Source: Phycisphaerae bacterium
GTDB taxonomy: Bacteria; Planctomycetota; Phycisphaerae; UBA1845; Fen-1342
Direction: 5' to 3'
Assembly (NCBI GenBank): GCA_044225155.1
Contig: JBGAJB010000001.1
Coordinates: forward strand, 1 to 60,238
DNA: 60,238 nt
The first letter of the stretch is position 1, and every line of letters begins with the position of its first letter. A program made the position numbers and the translations under genes. Of this stretch, positions 28,668-38,512 are shown in pieces. Below the pieces are notes generated by a model. The model searched no databases and was not told where the DNA came from. It saw nothing but the letters and a program-made list of their open reading frames with translations.

Positions 28668-30047
28668 TCAGCGCCCGCCATCGGCGGGAAGGTCGATGGT
28701 GATCAGCAATCCGCCGGCAGGATGATTCTCTGCCCCAATTCGTCCGCCGTGCAGTCTTACGGCGCGTTCCGCGATCGTCAGTCCGAGGCCCACACCGCCG
28801 GTTTCCCGATCCCGCGCGGATTCGACGCGATAAAAAGGGCGGAACAAGTGCGCGAGCGCCTCAGCCGGTACGCCCGGGCCGTGATCTCGAACGAGGATTT
28901 GCACGCTCGGCGATCCCGAGCCGTTCGTGGCGCGAGAAACGGAAGCCTCGACCGGCGCGGCTTGAGGCGTGAAACGGAGTGCGTTGCGAATGACGTTGTC
29001 GATCGCGCTTCGTAATTGGCCGGAAGAGCCGCGCACTAGGCAATCCGGCGCGAGCTGCTGTTCCACGCGCCGCCCTGTCAGCCCACCCTCAAAATTCGCA
29101 TCGGCGACGACGGACTGCACGAGTTGTCCGATGTCGATGATCTCCAACCGGCCCAGCTCGTCCGCATCCGCCCGAACCGCCGCCAGCGTCTGGCCAATCA
29201 GGTCATCCATGCGGCGCACCTCGATCTCGATGCGCGCGAGCGACGCGGCGGACGGGCTGCTGTCGCGTTTGCTCAATTCCAGCGCGACGACGAGCCGCGC
29301 AAGCGGGGAACGCAGCTCGTGCGAGATGTCTCGCAGCAGCCGCTGCTGCGATTGAACCAGCCCCTCGATCCGCTCCGCCATCAGGTTGAAATCGCGCTGC
29401 AAGGCGGCGATCTCGTCCCGGCCGCGCCCCATCAGCGGCACGCGCGTCGACAATTCGCCTTGGGCGAGATGCTGAGTAGCGGCGCGCAATTCGCGGACCG
29501 GCCGACTCAGGTAGCGGGCCAGCCCGAAACAAATCACGCCCGAAACGGTGACGGCCGCCAGAACGCGTCCCGCCCACGCGAACGGCCGCTGCCATAAGTC
29601 GTAGGGCGGGAAATCATCCATCCGCACCGCGAAGACAAACGGACCGGCCGCACCGACGTCGATACGCGCGGCCGCGAGCGGCGGGCCGCCGCCGCGCTGC
29701 CGGTGTGCCAGGCCGTCCTCGCGTGCCCGTCGCACGATCTCCCGCACGCCCTCGTCCGAAGCGGGCAACAAAAGATCCTGTCCCGCTGCATCGAGCAAAT
29801 ACGAGCTGACGTGCAGCGGGGAGAGCAGACGCGAACGCACGCGTTCCGCCTCGACCGCCCCGCCGTGGACATATGCGAGCGCGATCAGTTGCCCATTGCC
29901 GGCGGCCATGTTTTCGATCGCGGCCTCGAAGCGGGCGAAGCGGTCCGAGTTGTTTTCGAGCAGAAAACCGAGCGAAATGAAGACCGCGGCAACGATCGTC
30001 ATCGTCAGCCAGAACCACGCGAATATCCGAAGCGTCAGGCTCGGCAT
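28668..30047 (-). CDS. Sensor histidine kinase (CpxA/EnvZ-like: 2 TM, HAMP, HisKA, HATPase)
   Basis: The H-box is ISHELRSPLARL, the N-box is IDNVIRNALRFT, and the G-boxes are RDHGPGV and GGVGLGLTIAE. Two TM helices are present. Confidence 0.9.
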   Translation of the reverse strand: MPSLTLRIFAWFWLTMTIVAAVFISLGFLLENNSDRFARFEAAIENMAAGNGQLIALAYVHGGAVEAERVRSRLLSPLHVSSYLLDAAGQDLLLPASDEGVREIVRRAREDGLAHRQRGGGPPLAAARIDVGAAGPFVFAVRMDDFPPYDLWQRPFAWAGRVLAAVTVSGVICFGLARYLSRPVRELRAATQHLAQGELSTRVPLMGRGRDEIAALQRDFNLMAERIEGLVQSQQRLLRDISHELRSPLARLVVALELSKRDSSPSAASLARIEIEVRRMDDLIGQTLAAVRADADELGRLEIIDIGQLVQSVVADANFEGGLTGRRVEQQLAPDCLVRGSSGQLRSAIDNVIRNALRFTPQAAPVEASVSRATNGSGSPSVQILVRDHGPGVPAEALAHLFRPFYRVESARDRETGGVGLGLTIAERAVRLHGGRIGAENHPAGGLLITIDLPADGGR

Positions 30048-30063
30048 GCAGCGCGCTCACAAA

Positions 30064-30787
30064 TCAGGACGGCGGCGACGGGCTCATCCCGGGCTGCGCG
30101 GGCAGGAGATACCCGGTGCCGCGGATGCTGCGAATGCGGTCATGTCCGTCGCGGCGGACCGAGCTTGCGGCGGATGTTGCTGATGTGCATGTCGATGCTG
30201 CGGTCGTACGACTCCACGCGCCGCCCCAGCACGCGCCGACCAATCTCCTCGCGCGAGACAACCCGACCGGCCGAACGCAGCAAAAGCTCCAACACGGCGA
30301 ATTCCGTGCCGGTCAGTTCCAAGTGCTGACCGGCGCGCCAAGCCACGCGCGCCGCCGGTTCGAGCTCGACATCTCCGACCACAATGCGCTCTCCGGGCGT
30401 GGCAGGCGGCTCCTGGCCGCGCGTGCGTCGCAAAACGGCATGGAGTCGAGCGGCCAGCTCGCGGGGATTGAAGGGTTTCGGCAGATAGTCGTCCGCGCCG
30501 AGTTCGAGGCCGACAATACGGTCCACCGATTCGCCGCGCGCCGTCAGCATTACGACGGGCAGCCGCGAGCGGGCTCGGACTCGGCGCACGACTTCGAAGC
30601 CGTCGAAGGGCGGAAGCATCACATCGACTACGGCCGCGTCATGCTCGCCGCTGAGCGCCAACTCGACGCCGCGCAAGGCGTCATGCGCCGTCGCGACCGT
30701 CCAGCCGCTGCCCGTGAAGAACTCCGTCAGGAGTTCGCACAACTGGCGATCGTCATCAATGATGAGCAGTGAATTCGAATCGATCAT
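30064..30787 (-). pseudogene. OmpR-family response regulator, frame-disrupted near the 3' end (or assembly indel)
   Basis: The receiver domain (LLIIDDD...DVMLP...) and winged-helix domain are intact up to HISNIRRKLGPP. A premature TGA follows at 30140-30142. The +1 frame continues RDGHDRIRSIRGTGYLLP..., the expected wing, and stops at 30064, 16 nt before the kinase start. Confidence 0.8.
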
Positions 30788-31026
30788 CTCCCCGCGATCT
30801 CCGAGCCGGCGGCGCCAGCGATGAAAGCGCTTCGATCAAGAAGGTAATACGCTCGACGGTGATTCAGGCCGCACAGAACTTGTAAAGAAGCGTCAGTCCG
30901 CTTTTACGCAGGCTTACCAAAGTCTGACGCACCGCGCACTGGGTGAGACGAATAATGCATGCGTTCCTGGCGACGACTGAAATGTTCGGCTTCGCCCGCG
31001 AACCCTGATTCTCAACGGAGAAACGC

Positions 31027-31194
31027 ATGTCGTATCGCTCGCTGCGCCGCGCGGCGGCCTGGCTCGCCGGTGCCGGGATCCTGCTGCAATCCAGTTGCTC
31101 GTTGGACTACCAATCGCTACTGCTCTCGGTCAGTGAATCGCTGATCAGCGGGCTGCTGGATTACTTCGCTTTGAGCGTCACCACGAGTGCGTGA
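31027..31194 (+). CDS. Small putative lipoprotein (55 aa), below the ORF-track size cutoff
   Basis: GGAGA lies upstream of ATG 31027. The product begins MSYRSLRRAAAWLAGAGILLQSSC (lipobox-like), followed by a 31-aa mature part. Confidence 0.4.
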   Translation: MSYRSLRRAAAWLAGAGILLQSSCSLDYQSLLLSVSESLISGLLDYFALSVTTSA

Positions 31195-31255
31195 TCCGTT
31201 GAAGCGGCGGCGGGGTCGCCGCCGCGGTCCACCCTCACGTTTGGGAGAAAGACAA

Positions 31256-31989
31256 ATGCTTCGATTCTCGTTTCTGTCCGGCGCGGCCCTCGCGGCCGGA
31301 GCACTGGTGCTGAGCGGCTGCACCAGCACGACCGGCAACGCCGCCACGCAAGCGCGTTGACCGATGCGGCCGTCGCCGGCGCCACGGCCACCATTGCCGC
31401 ATCAGCTACATCGTCCGGCACGAGCTTGCTGGAGGGCCCCGGCGCGATTGCCGCAGGCCAATTCGGCGGCACGGATTCGAGAGGAGGAGGGCTGCTCTCC
31501 AATCCTCTCGGCCTGACAGACAATCAGCTCTCGCAGGCGGAGGACATTTTCACCGGGGCCAGAACCGACATCGAGGCGCTCCGCTCGGCCGCCCACGACG
31601 AAATCGCGGCCTTGCTCACGGAGGATCAGGCGGTGACGTTTGACGAACTGCACCCCGGACCGCGCCAGCACATCGCGGGGAATTCCAGTGACAACAGTTC
31701 ATCCTCCGGGCAGGCGGATTTCGCGCTGGCGGGCGGCGACTTCGGGATCGGCGGCTGCGGACTCATCGGAGGAGACGGTGCGCCGGATGCCGCCACGATC
31801 CTCTCGTTCCTGAGCGACGCGCTGAATCTCACCGCCGATCAGCAAACAGCGATTCAGCCGATTCTGGAGAATCTGATTACGGCCGTGAGTGCGCGGCGCG
31901 ACCAGGCCCAGACTGATTTCCGCGCCATCCTGACCGCAGACCAGATTGCGACGCTGGATTCGCTCCAGTCGCAATACGCGAGTTCCTGA
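31256..31989 (+). pseudogene. LTXXQ-motif (CpxP/Spy-like) periplasmic lipoprotein, split by a frame shift after the signal peptide (or assembly indel)
   Basis: GGGAGA precedes ATG 31256, which encodes MLRFSFLSGAALAAGALVLSGC TSTTGNAATQAR and ends at TGA 31358-31360. The overlapping -1 frame (track ORF 31357-31989) carries four LTxxQ motifs (LTDNQ, LTEDQ, LTADQ twice) but no signal peptide. Confidence 0.65.
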
Positions 31990-32045
31990 TTCCGGCCCGC
32001 GGGCGGCGGCTCTGCGCAGATTGCCGCTCGTTCGTGGTTCAGGGC

Positions 32046-32092
32046 GGGGAGGTTCCGGTAGGGTGTCGCCCGCCGGAATCCTCCCATTTTTT
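32046..32092 (+). terminator. Rho-independent terminator downstream of the LTXXQ gene
   Basis: GGGGAGGTTCCGG-loop-CCGGAATCCTCCC has one bulge in the stem and is followed by A+T6. Confidence 0.6.
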
Positions 32093-32118
32093 GTGTGTCT
32101 TTCTGAGGGCGAAACGCT

Positions 32119-33453
32119 CTATGACCGCGGGGCCAGCGTCAGGCCGAAGTCCGCGAGGCGGCTCTTGATCTCATTCAGCGACGTCACGCCGAAGTTTCGC
32201 GTCGCGAGCAATTCCGCTTCGCTGCGCTGGATCAGATCGCCCATGGTCGTGATGTTCAGTCGTTGCAGGCAGCGCCGCGCGCGAACCGACAACTCCATCT
32301 CGCTGACCGGCTTGCCCAGCGACGATTCGCTGCCGGGCGGCACGACTACCTTGGGCGTCGTGACCGGCGGCGGCGCGCTCAGCATGCTCGGATCGATTTC
32401 TTCGGGCTTCTGGCCGAGTCGCAGCCCGCGCTTGGCGAGCAGGGCCTTGATCTCGGTCAGCGACGTCTCGCCGAAGTTCTTGTAGGCCATTAACTCGGGC
32501 TCGCTGAGTTTCAGCAATTCGCCGAGGGTGTTGATCTTCATCTTCTTCAGGCAATTTCGGGCCCGCACCGAAAGCTCAAACTCGGCCACCGGCGTTTCGA
32601 GCAGACGATTGCGCGTCTCGAGCTTCTGCTCGACGTTGTCGTCAATCACCATCGTGCGGCTGCTCTCGACATCCTTCAGGAACAGATTCGCACGGGTGTG
32701 ATTCGGAAAAGCCATCAGCACGCGCAGCAGGCAGTTCGCGGCATGGTCGTAGCGCCCGCGATCCTCGTAAACGACGGCTAGATTGATCAACGCGTTCACC
32801 GCGGCGCGCGGCTGAAGCGCACAGCGCTCGTAGAGCTCGACGGCCGCATCGTCATCGCCCAGCAGGTCGCGGAGCCACGCAAGGCGGAACATCGCCTGCA
32901 CGTAGTCCGGATCAAGCGTCAGCGCTTTTTCGTAGTACTCAATCGCCGCGTCGCGGTCGCCCTGGCGCTCGGCCAATTCGCCCCGCACGCAGAGCCACTC
33001 CGGCCGATCCGCGCCGGCCCGCTCATGCTTCTGGATCAGCTTTTCGGCCCCAGCCAGATTCTCAGCGCGCAGCAGGGCGTCGGCGCTGCGAACATCGCAG
33101 TCGAGCGCATCCCAACCCGCGGAAGCCGCTTTCTTGTATTCGTCCAGCGCTTCGTCGTACCGGCCGAGAGCGACCAGCGTCTCCGCGGTGTAAAAATGCT
33201 TGAACTTGCCCGCGCGACTCTTACCGAACGCGGTCAGCGCGTCGCTGAAGTGACAGAGCAGAAAGTCGGCCACGCCCAGCCGCTGCCAGTCGCCATTTCC
33301 CGCCTCCGTGGCAGTGCGGTAGGCGGCCAGAGTGTCGCCAAAGGAGTCACGGGCCTTGGCGGAAGCAAAGATGCGATCCGCCCAATTCGTAATCGTGGCA
33401 GAGTCGAACTCATCGACCTGGAAAAACGAAGCTAGATCGGTAGTAGCGCTCAT
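32119..33453 (-). CDS. TPR-repeat protein with two C-terminal RNA polymerase alpha-CTD-like domains
   Basis: ATG 33453 follows GGAGA. The N-terminal half is TPR-like ([24 protein letters not shown]...). The C-terminal half has two copies of [18 protein letters not shown]...SE.EL.A..NFG.TSL.EIK..LA..GL, which resembles RpoA alphaCTD. The 1137-aa track ORF is a chimera with antisense metH. Confidence 0.8.
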   Translation of the reverse strand: MSATTDLASFFQVDEFDSATITNWADRIFASAKARDSFGDTLAAYRTATEAGNGDWQRLGVADFLLCHFSDALTAFGKSRAGKFKHFYTAETLVALGRYDEALDEYKKAASAGWDALDCDVRSADALLRAENLAGAEKLIQKHERAGADRPEWLCVRGELAERQGDRDAAIEYYEKALTLDPDYVQAMFRLAWLRDLLGDDDAAVELYERCALQPRAAVNALINLAVVYEDRGRYDHAANCLLRVLMAFPNHTRANLFLKDVESSRTMVIDDNVEQKLETRNRLLETPVAEFELSVRARNCLKKMKINTLGELLKLSEPELMAYKNFGETSLTEIKALLAKRGLRLGQKPEEIDPSMLSAPPPVTTPKVVVPPGSESSLGKPVSEMELSVRARRCLQRLNITTMGDLIQRSEAELLATRNFGVTSLNEIKSRLADFGLTLAPRS

Positions 33454-33735
33454 CGCAGGGAGTATCTCCGTCGTGTCGAGCCCTTCCGCTTTCGTCCGGC
33501 GGAATCTCGTTATAATACTCGACTTGCAAAAAGCGGCAAGTCGGGTACTGGCTCTGGCTCGCGGGGGGCTTACCCCGCACGGCGCCCGGCAAGAGTGGGG
33601 TTCACCAGGCTTGGTGATCGTTGCCCGGCAATGCGGCGCCACGGAAACGCCCGCCACCCGATGTGAGCGGCACGCCGAGGCGCGGCCCAGCCGCCGTGGA
33701 GAAACGGCCGACGCACAGGCCGGACAAAGGGTTAC

Positions 33736-36700
33736 GTGAACAGCACGCCCGGCTTCCTCGACCAGCTTCGCCGGCAAGTCATCATTTTCGACGGTGCGAT
33801 GGGAACCGCCATCCACGCGCTCGACTTGCCGCTGCCCGATTACCAAAACCTCGAAAACTGCGTCGAAATTCTGAATCTCACTCGGCCGGACGCGATCGAG
33901 GCCATCCATCGCGGCTACCTCGATCTCGGCTGCGACGTGGTCGAAACCAACACCTTCGGCGGCATGAAACACGTGCTGGCCGAGTTTGGTCTTCAGGATC
34001 GCTGCCGCGAGATCAACATCGCCGCGGCGCAGGTCGCCCGCCGCGCGGCCGACGCGTGTTCGACGCCCCGGCAGCCGCGCTTCGTGGCCGGCGCGATGGG
34101 CCCCGGGACGAAGCTCGTTTCGCTGCGACAGATCGACTACGACATGCTGCTCGACAGCTATGCGACGCAGGCGTGCGCGCTGGTCGAAGGCGGCGTCGAC
34201 CTGCTCATCATCGAGACCTGCCAGGACATCCTGCAATCCAAAGTGGCGATTCAGGCCGCCCGCATCGCGTTCGAGAAATTCGGTCGAAAGCTGCCGCTCA
34301 TCGTGCAGGTCACAATGGAGACGACCGGCACGATGCTGATGGGCACGGATATGGCCGCGGCGCTGGCCGCCATCGAGACGTATCCCGAAGTGGACGTGAT
34401 CGGGATGAACTGCGCCACGGGGCCGCAGGAGATGAGCGAGCATGTGCGCTTTCTCTCGCGCTACTGCTCGCGCCCGATCAGCATTCAGCCGAACGCGGGC
34501 CTGCCGCAGGTCGTCGAGGGTCGCGCGCACTTCCCGCTCGCGCCGAGCGAATTCTCCCGCTGGCTGAAGGAATTCGTGGACGTCGACGGGGTCAGCATCG
34601 TCGGCGGCTGCTGCGGCACCACACCCGCCCATCTGCGCGCGGTCGTTGCGGCACTGCGGCCCGCGCGCAGCGCGTCGCTCGCTGCAAAGCCCGCCGCAAT
34701 GAAGAGCGGGACCACTCGTCCCCCTGAACTCGCTCCGCGCAACTTCACTCACGAACCTTCCGCATCGAGTCTCTATCAATCCGCCTCGTACCGTCAGGAC
34801 AATTCGTTCCTGATCGTCGGCGAACGCTGCAACACGAACGGATCGAAGAAATTCAAGCAGTTGCTGGCCGACGGCGATTTCGACGGCTGCGTGCACATGG
34901 CCGTCGAGCAGGTGAAAGAAGAAGGCGCGCACGTGTTGGACGTTTGCGTCGATTATGTCGGACGCGACGGCGTACCGGACATGCGGCATGTGATCGATCG
35001 CTTTGCCCGCGAGGTCACTGCCCCGCTGATGCTGGACAGCACACAGCTCGACGTGCTGGAGGCCGGGCTGAAGCTGGCCGGCGGAAAGTGCATCATCAAT
35101 TCGGTCAATCTCGAGGACGGCGAAGAGAGACTGGCAAAAGTCGCGCGGCTCTGCCGCCAATACGGCGCGGCCGTCGTGGCGCTGACGATCGACGAAGACC
35201 CGGTCGAAGCGATGGGCAAGACGGCCGATCGCAAGCTGGCGATCGCCGAGCGGATTCACGATCTGCTCGTGCATCGTCATGGTCTGAACGAAGAGGATAT
35301 CTTCTGGGATTGCCTCACATTCCCGATCACGACCGGCAACGAAGCCGACCGGCGCTTGGCGCTGGAGACGCTCGAAGGCATCGAGCGCGTCATGCAGCGC
35401 TTCCCGCGCTGCCAGAGCATTCTGGGCGTGAGTAACGTCAGCTTTGGCCTGCAACCGCTCGCGCGCGTCGTCCTCAATTCGGTCTTCCTGCATGAAGCCC
35501 GACAGCGCGGCCTGACGGCGGCGATCGTGCACCCCGGAAAGATCCTGCCCCGCAACCAGATCACGGACGAACGCTGGAACGCGGCCCTCGCGCTGATCTA
35601 TGACCGTTGGGACGGCGATGCATCGACCAGCCCCCTGGAGCGTTTCATCGCGCTCTTCTCGGCCGACGAAAAAGTCGCGTCGAAAGTGAAGATTCTCGAC
35701 CTGCCGATCGAAGAGCGCCTCAAGCGTCGCATCATCGACGGCAATCGCACCGGCCTCGACACCGACATCGCCGAGGCGCTGCTCAGGTACGACCCGCTAA
35801 CGATTATCAACACGTTCCTGCTCGACGGGATGAAAGTCGTGGGCGAGTTGTTCGGCAGCGGCCAGATGCAGCTTCCGTTCGTGCTTAAGAGCGCCGAGGC
35901 GATGAAGAGCGCCGTCGCGCTGCTCGAACCGCATATGGAGAAGAGCGACGGCGCGAGCCGCGGCAAGATCGTGCTGGCGACGGTGCGCGGCGATGTGCAC
36001 GACATCGGCAAAAACCTGGTCGACATCATCCTGACCAACAACGGCTACACGGTGTACAACCTCGGCATCAAGCAGCCGATCGCCAGCGTGATCGATGCCT
36101 GGCGCGCCCACAACGCCCACGCGATCGGGTTGAGCGGCCTGCTCGTCAAGAGCACGCTGGTGATGCGCGACGATCTGGCCGTGCTCAATGAGCAGGGCAT
36201 CGACGCGCCGGTGATCCTCGGTGGCGCGGCCCTGACGCGCAAGTATGTCGAGGCCGATCTGCGCGAGATCTACGACGGCGCGGTTTTCTACGCGCGCGAC
36301 GCCTTCGACGGCCTGTCGCTGATGGCCGACATTTGCGAGGGGCGCGCTCCGCGCCGGACGCGCGGGCTCACCGGCGCGAAAGGCAGCGTGAATGACGGGA
36401 TTTCCGGCGGCGGGAGCGCCGCCACCGCGACGGTCGATATCGCGAACAGCGAGTCCGCCTCGAGTGCCGCTAGAGAATCGAATCCGGGCAGCGTGCCGTC
36501 CGCAGAGCGCACCACGCGCACGCGAAATGCCGAGCAGCTGAGCGCCGAGCTTGAGCAGCGCTACGGCCTGCGCCCGGTGGATGACGACGGAGCGAAAGAC
36601 TCATCTCTCCCGCCGATCGAGTCGGACGAAAGCAACCGCCGGGAACTACCGAACCGTCAGCCGGTCGCGCCTCAGTCGCCCAAAACCCAAAAGCCATCGT

Positions 36701-37653
36701 TCAAAATTGATCCAATCGACTCCATTCCTGTCCCGCCATTCTGGGGCGCGCGAATCGTCGAACGCATCCCGACCAAGGCGGCGCTCGCTTACGTCAACGA
36801 AACGATGCTGTTCCAGGTGCAGTGGGGCTTCCGCAAGAAGGGGCGCTCGGCCGAGGATTGGAAGCGATTCGTCGATGCCGAGATTCGGCCGATCTATCGC
36901 GGACTGGTGGAGCGCTGCGAACGCGAGGAAATCCTCCAATGCCAGGCGGTGTACGGCTACTGGCCGTGCCATTCGGACGGCGACGAACTGATCATCTACA
37001 GCCCGCCGAGCGCAGCGTGGCAGCAGGAGCGCTACGAAGATTTTGTGAATAACAAGGGTGCGCCCCAGCTCGCGCGCATTCCGGCCGCTTCGGAAGTGCA
37101 GGAGATCGCCCGTTTTCGTTTCCCGCGCCAGGCGAAGAGTCCGCACTTGTGCTTGTCGGATTTCTGGCGCCCGGTCGACGCACCTGTGCCGGCTTCGTAC
37201 ACGCAACACGCGGCCAAAAACGTGGGGGTGTTGCCGACCTGCGACGTGGTCGCCTTCCACATCGTCACGGCCGGCCGGCGCGTCAGCGAAGTGGCGCGTG
37301 AGTGGTTCGCCCGCAACGACTATCAGCAGTACCTCTTCCTGCATGGACTGGGCGTGGAGACGGCCGAGGCGCTGGCTGAGTACATGCACAAGCAGATTCG
37401 CGTCGAGCTCGGCATCGCGGGAAGCGACGCGCGCGAGCTGCAGGCGCTCTTCAAGCAGGGTTATCAAGGCAGCCGTTACAGCTTCGGCTATCCCGCCTGC
37501 CCGCGGCTCGAAGATCAGACGACGCTGATGAAACTGCTCGCGCCCGAGCGGATCGGCATCACGCTCAGTGAAGAGTTTCAGCTTGAGCCGGAGCAGAGCA
37601 CGAGCGCGATCATCGCACACCATCCGGCGGCGCGGTATTTCAATGTGAGGTGA
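33736..37653 (+). CDS. metH: Cobalamin-dependent methionine synthase
   Basis: 1305 aa with the Hcy-binding, pterin-binding, B12-binding (GDVHDIGKN) and AdoMet-activation modules in order. A low-complexity insert of about 125 aa lies at about 36345-36720. Confidence 0.95.
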   Translation: MNSTPGFLDQLRRQVIIFDGAMGTAIHALDLPLPDYQNLENCVEILNLTRPDAIEAIHRGYLDLGCDVVETNTFGGMKHVLAEFGLQDRCREINIAAAQVARRAADACSTPRQPRFVAGAMGPGTKLVSLRQIDYDMLLDSYATQACALVEGGVDLLIIETCQDILQSKVAIQAARIAFEKFGRKLPLIVQVTMETTGTMLMGTDMAAALAAIETYPEVDVIGMNCATGPQEMSEHVRFLSRYCSRPISIQPNAGLPQVVEGRAHFPLAPSEFSRWLKEFVDVDGVSIVGGCCGTTPAHLRAVVAALRPARSASLAAKPAAMKSGTTRPPELAPRNFTHEPSASSLYQSASYRQDNSFLIVGERCNTNGSKKFKQLLADGDFDGCVHMAVEQVKEEGAHVLDVCVDYVGRDGVPDMRHVIDRFAREVTAPLMLDSTQLDVLEAGLKLAGGKCIINSVNLEDGEERLAKVARLCRQYGAAVVALTIDEDPVEAMGKTADRKLAIAERIHDLLVHRHGLNEEDIFWDCLTFPITTGNEADRRLALETLEGIERVMQRFPRCQSILGVSNVSFGLQPLARVVLNSVFLHEARQRGLTAAIVHPGKILPRNQITDERWNAALALIYDRWDGDASTSPLERFIALFSADEKVASKVKILDLPIEERLKRRIIDGNRTGLDTDIAEALLRYDPLTIINTFLLDGMKVVGELFGSGQMQLPFVLKSAEAMKSAVALLEPHMEKSDGASRGKIVLATVRGDVHDIGKNLVDIILTNNGYTVYNLGIKQPIASVIDAWRAHNAHAIGLSGLLVKSTLVMRDDLAVLNEQGIDAPVILGGAALTRKYVEADLREIYDGAVFYARDAFDGLSLMADICEGRAPRRTRGLTGAKGSVNDGISGGGSAATATVDIANSESASSAARESNPGSVPSAERTTRTRNAEQLSAELEQRYGLRPVDDDGAKDSSLPPIESDESNRRELPNRQPVAPQSPKTQKPSFKIDPIDSIPVPPFWGARIVERIPTKAALAYVNETMLFQVQWGFRKKGRSAEDWKRFVDAEIRPIYRGLVERCEREEILQCQAVYGYWPCHSDGDELIIYSPPSAAWQQERYEDFVNNKGAPQLARIPAASEVQEIARFRFPRQAKSPHLCLSDFWRPVDAPVPASYTQHAAKNVGVLPTCDVVAFHIVTAGRRVSEVAREWFARNDYQQYLFLHGLGVETAEALAEYMHKQIRVELGIAGSDARELQALFKQGYQGSRYSFGYPACPRLEDQTTLMKLLAPERIGITLSEEFQLEPEQSTSAIIAHHPAARYFNVR

Positions 37654-37749
37654 GTCGCATAGGGCGGGCAAGCTGCTCGCTCCGCGCCGACTTCGCTGTC
37701 CCCGTCCGTCTGCGGAAAGGCAAACCGACACGATCAAAGGCGGACGTGC

Positions 37750-38190
37750 GTGTTACCTGACGTCATCTGGAGCGTAGCACTCGGGCTCTTTGGCCTAGTC
37801 TCGATGCTGGGCTCCTTTGCGTTTGGCTATTCGTTGGTTCGAGAGCGACCAGCCGCGCGCTGGATCAGGCTCGGGGCGTTTGCCTTGGGCATGCTCGTGG
37901 TTGCAGCCGGGACCATGCTGTTCGGAGCCGGACTGGCGAGCTGCCAATTTCTGAATCAATCCACCGTCTACTCCAAGGGTTGGTCCGGATTCCCTGGCGT
38001 CGCGATCGGACTGGTGCTGCTTCTCAGCGGCATCGCTCTATGCGGCATCGCGCTGTTCGCCGCCAGACGCCCCCGCGAGAATAGGGCTCCGAACTGCGCG
38101 AACTGTGGCTACGATCTCACAGGCACAATGATCGCTGGGATTGATCGCTGCCCCGAATGCGGCGCGACAATCAGCGTCGATAGGGAATAA
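37750..38190 (+). CDS. Membrane protein (4 TM) with C-terminal CxxCGY..CPECG zinc ribbon
   Basis: Four hydrophobic helices are followed by CANCGYDLTGTMIAGIDRCPECG (38095-38163). Confidence 0.65.
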   Translation: MLPDVIWSVALGLFGLVSMLGSFAFGYSLVRERPAARWIRLGAFALGMLVVAAGTMLFGAGLASCQFLNQSTVYSKGWSGFPGVAIGLVLLLSGIALCGIALFAARRPRENRAPNCANCGYDLTGTMIAGIDRCPECGATISVDRE

Positions 38191-38512
38191 TTCATGAGCA
38201 CACCTCAACACCCGGCGCGCTCGCGAGCCCGGGCGGCTGCCACGATGGGCCCTGGCTGTCCGACTGCGCGATCAAGGCCGCGCAAGGCCCTGGGATTCGT
38301 GGATCGCGTACTGGCCCACATATCTTCTCTCCTGGGTGCCGGAATGCATGGTCAGGCTTGTCGAGATTGAAGCCATCAACACCGATCCCGGTCGCCAGCC
38401 AGCAGTGGTGATGGATTGGCAAGCCCTCTGGCGACAACTTCGCGCACCAAACTCGGCTTGAATAAAAGTTATTCAGCAAGCGGAGCCGCCGCCCCCGACT
38501 ACCGTCAGCGCC

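Noticed and set aside
33454-35532. Upper two thirds of the 1137-aa minus-strand ORF 32119-35532
   Set aside because: Only 32119-33453 has an RBS, an ATG and recognisable domains. The remainder is Arg/Ala/His-rich, has no domain signal, and lies exactly antisense to the strongly supported metH. It is a high-GC shadow ORF.
36646-37737. 363-aa minus-strand ORF
   Set aside because: It is antisense to the 3' part of metH, so it is a shadow ORF.
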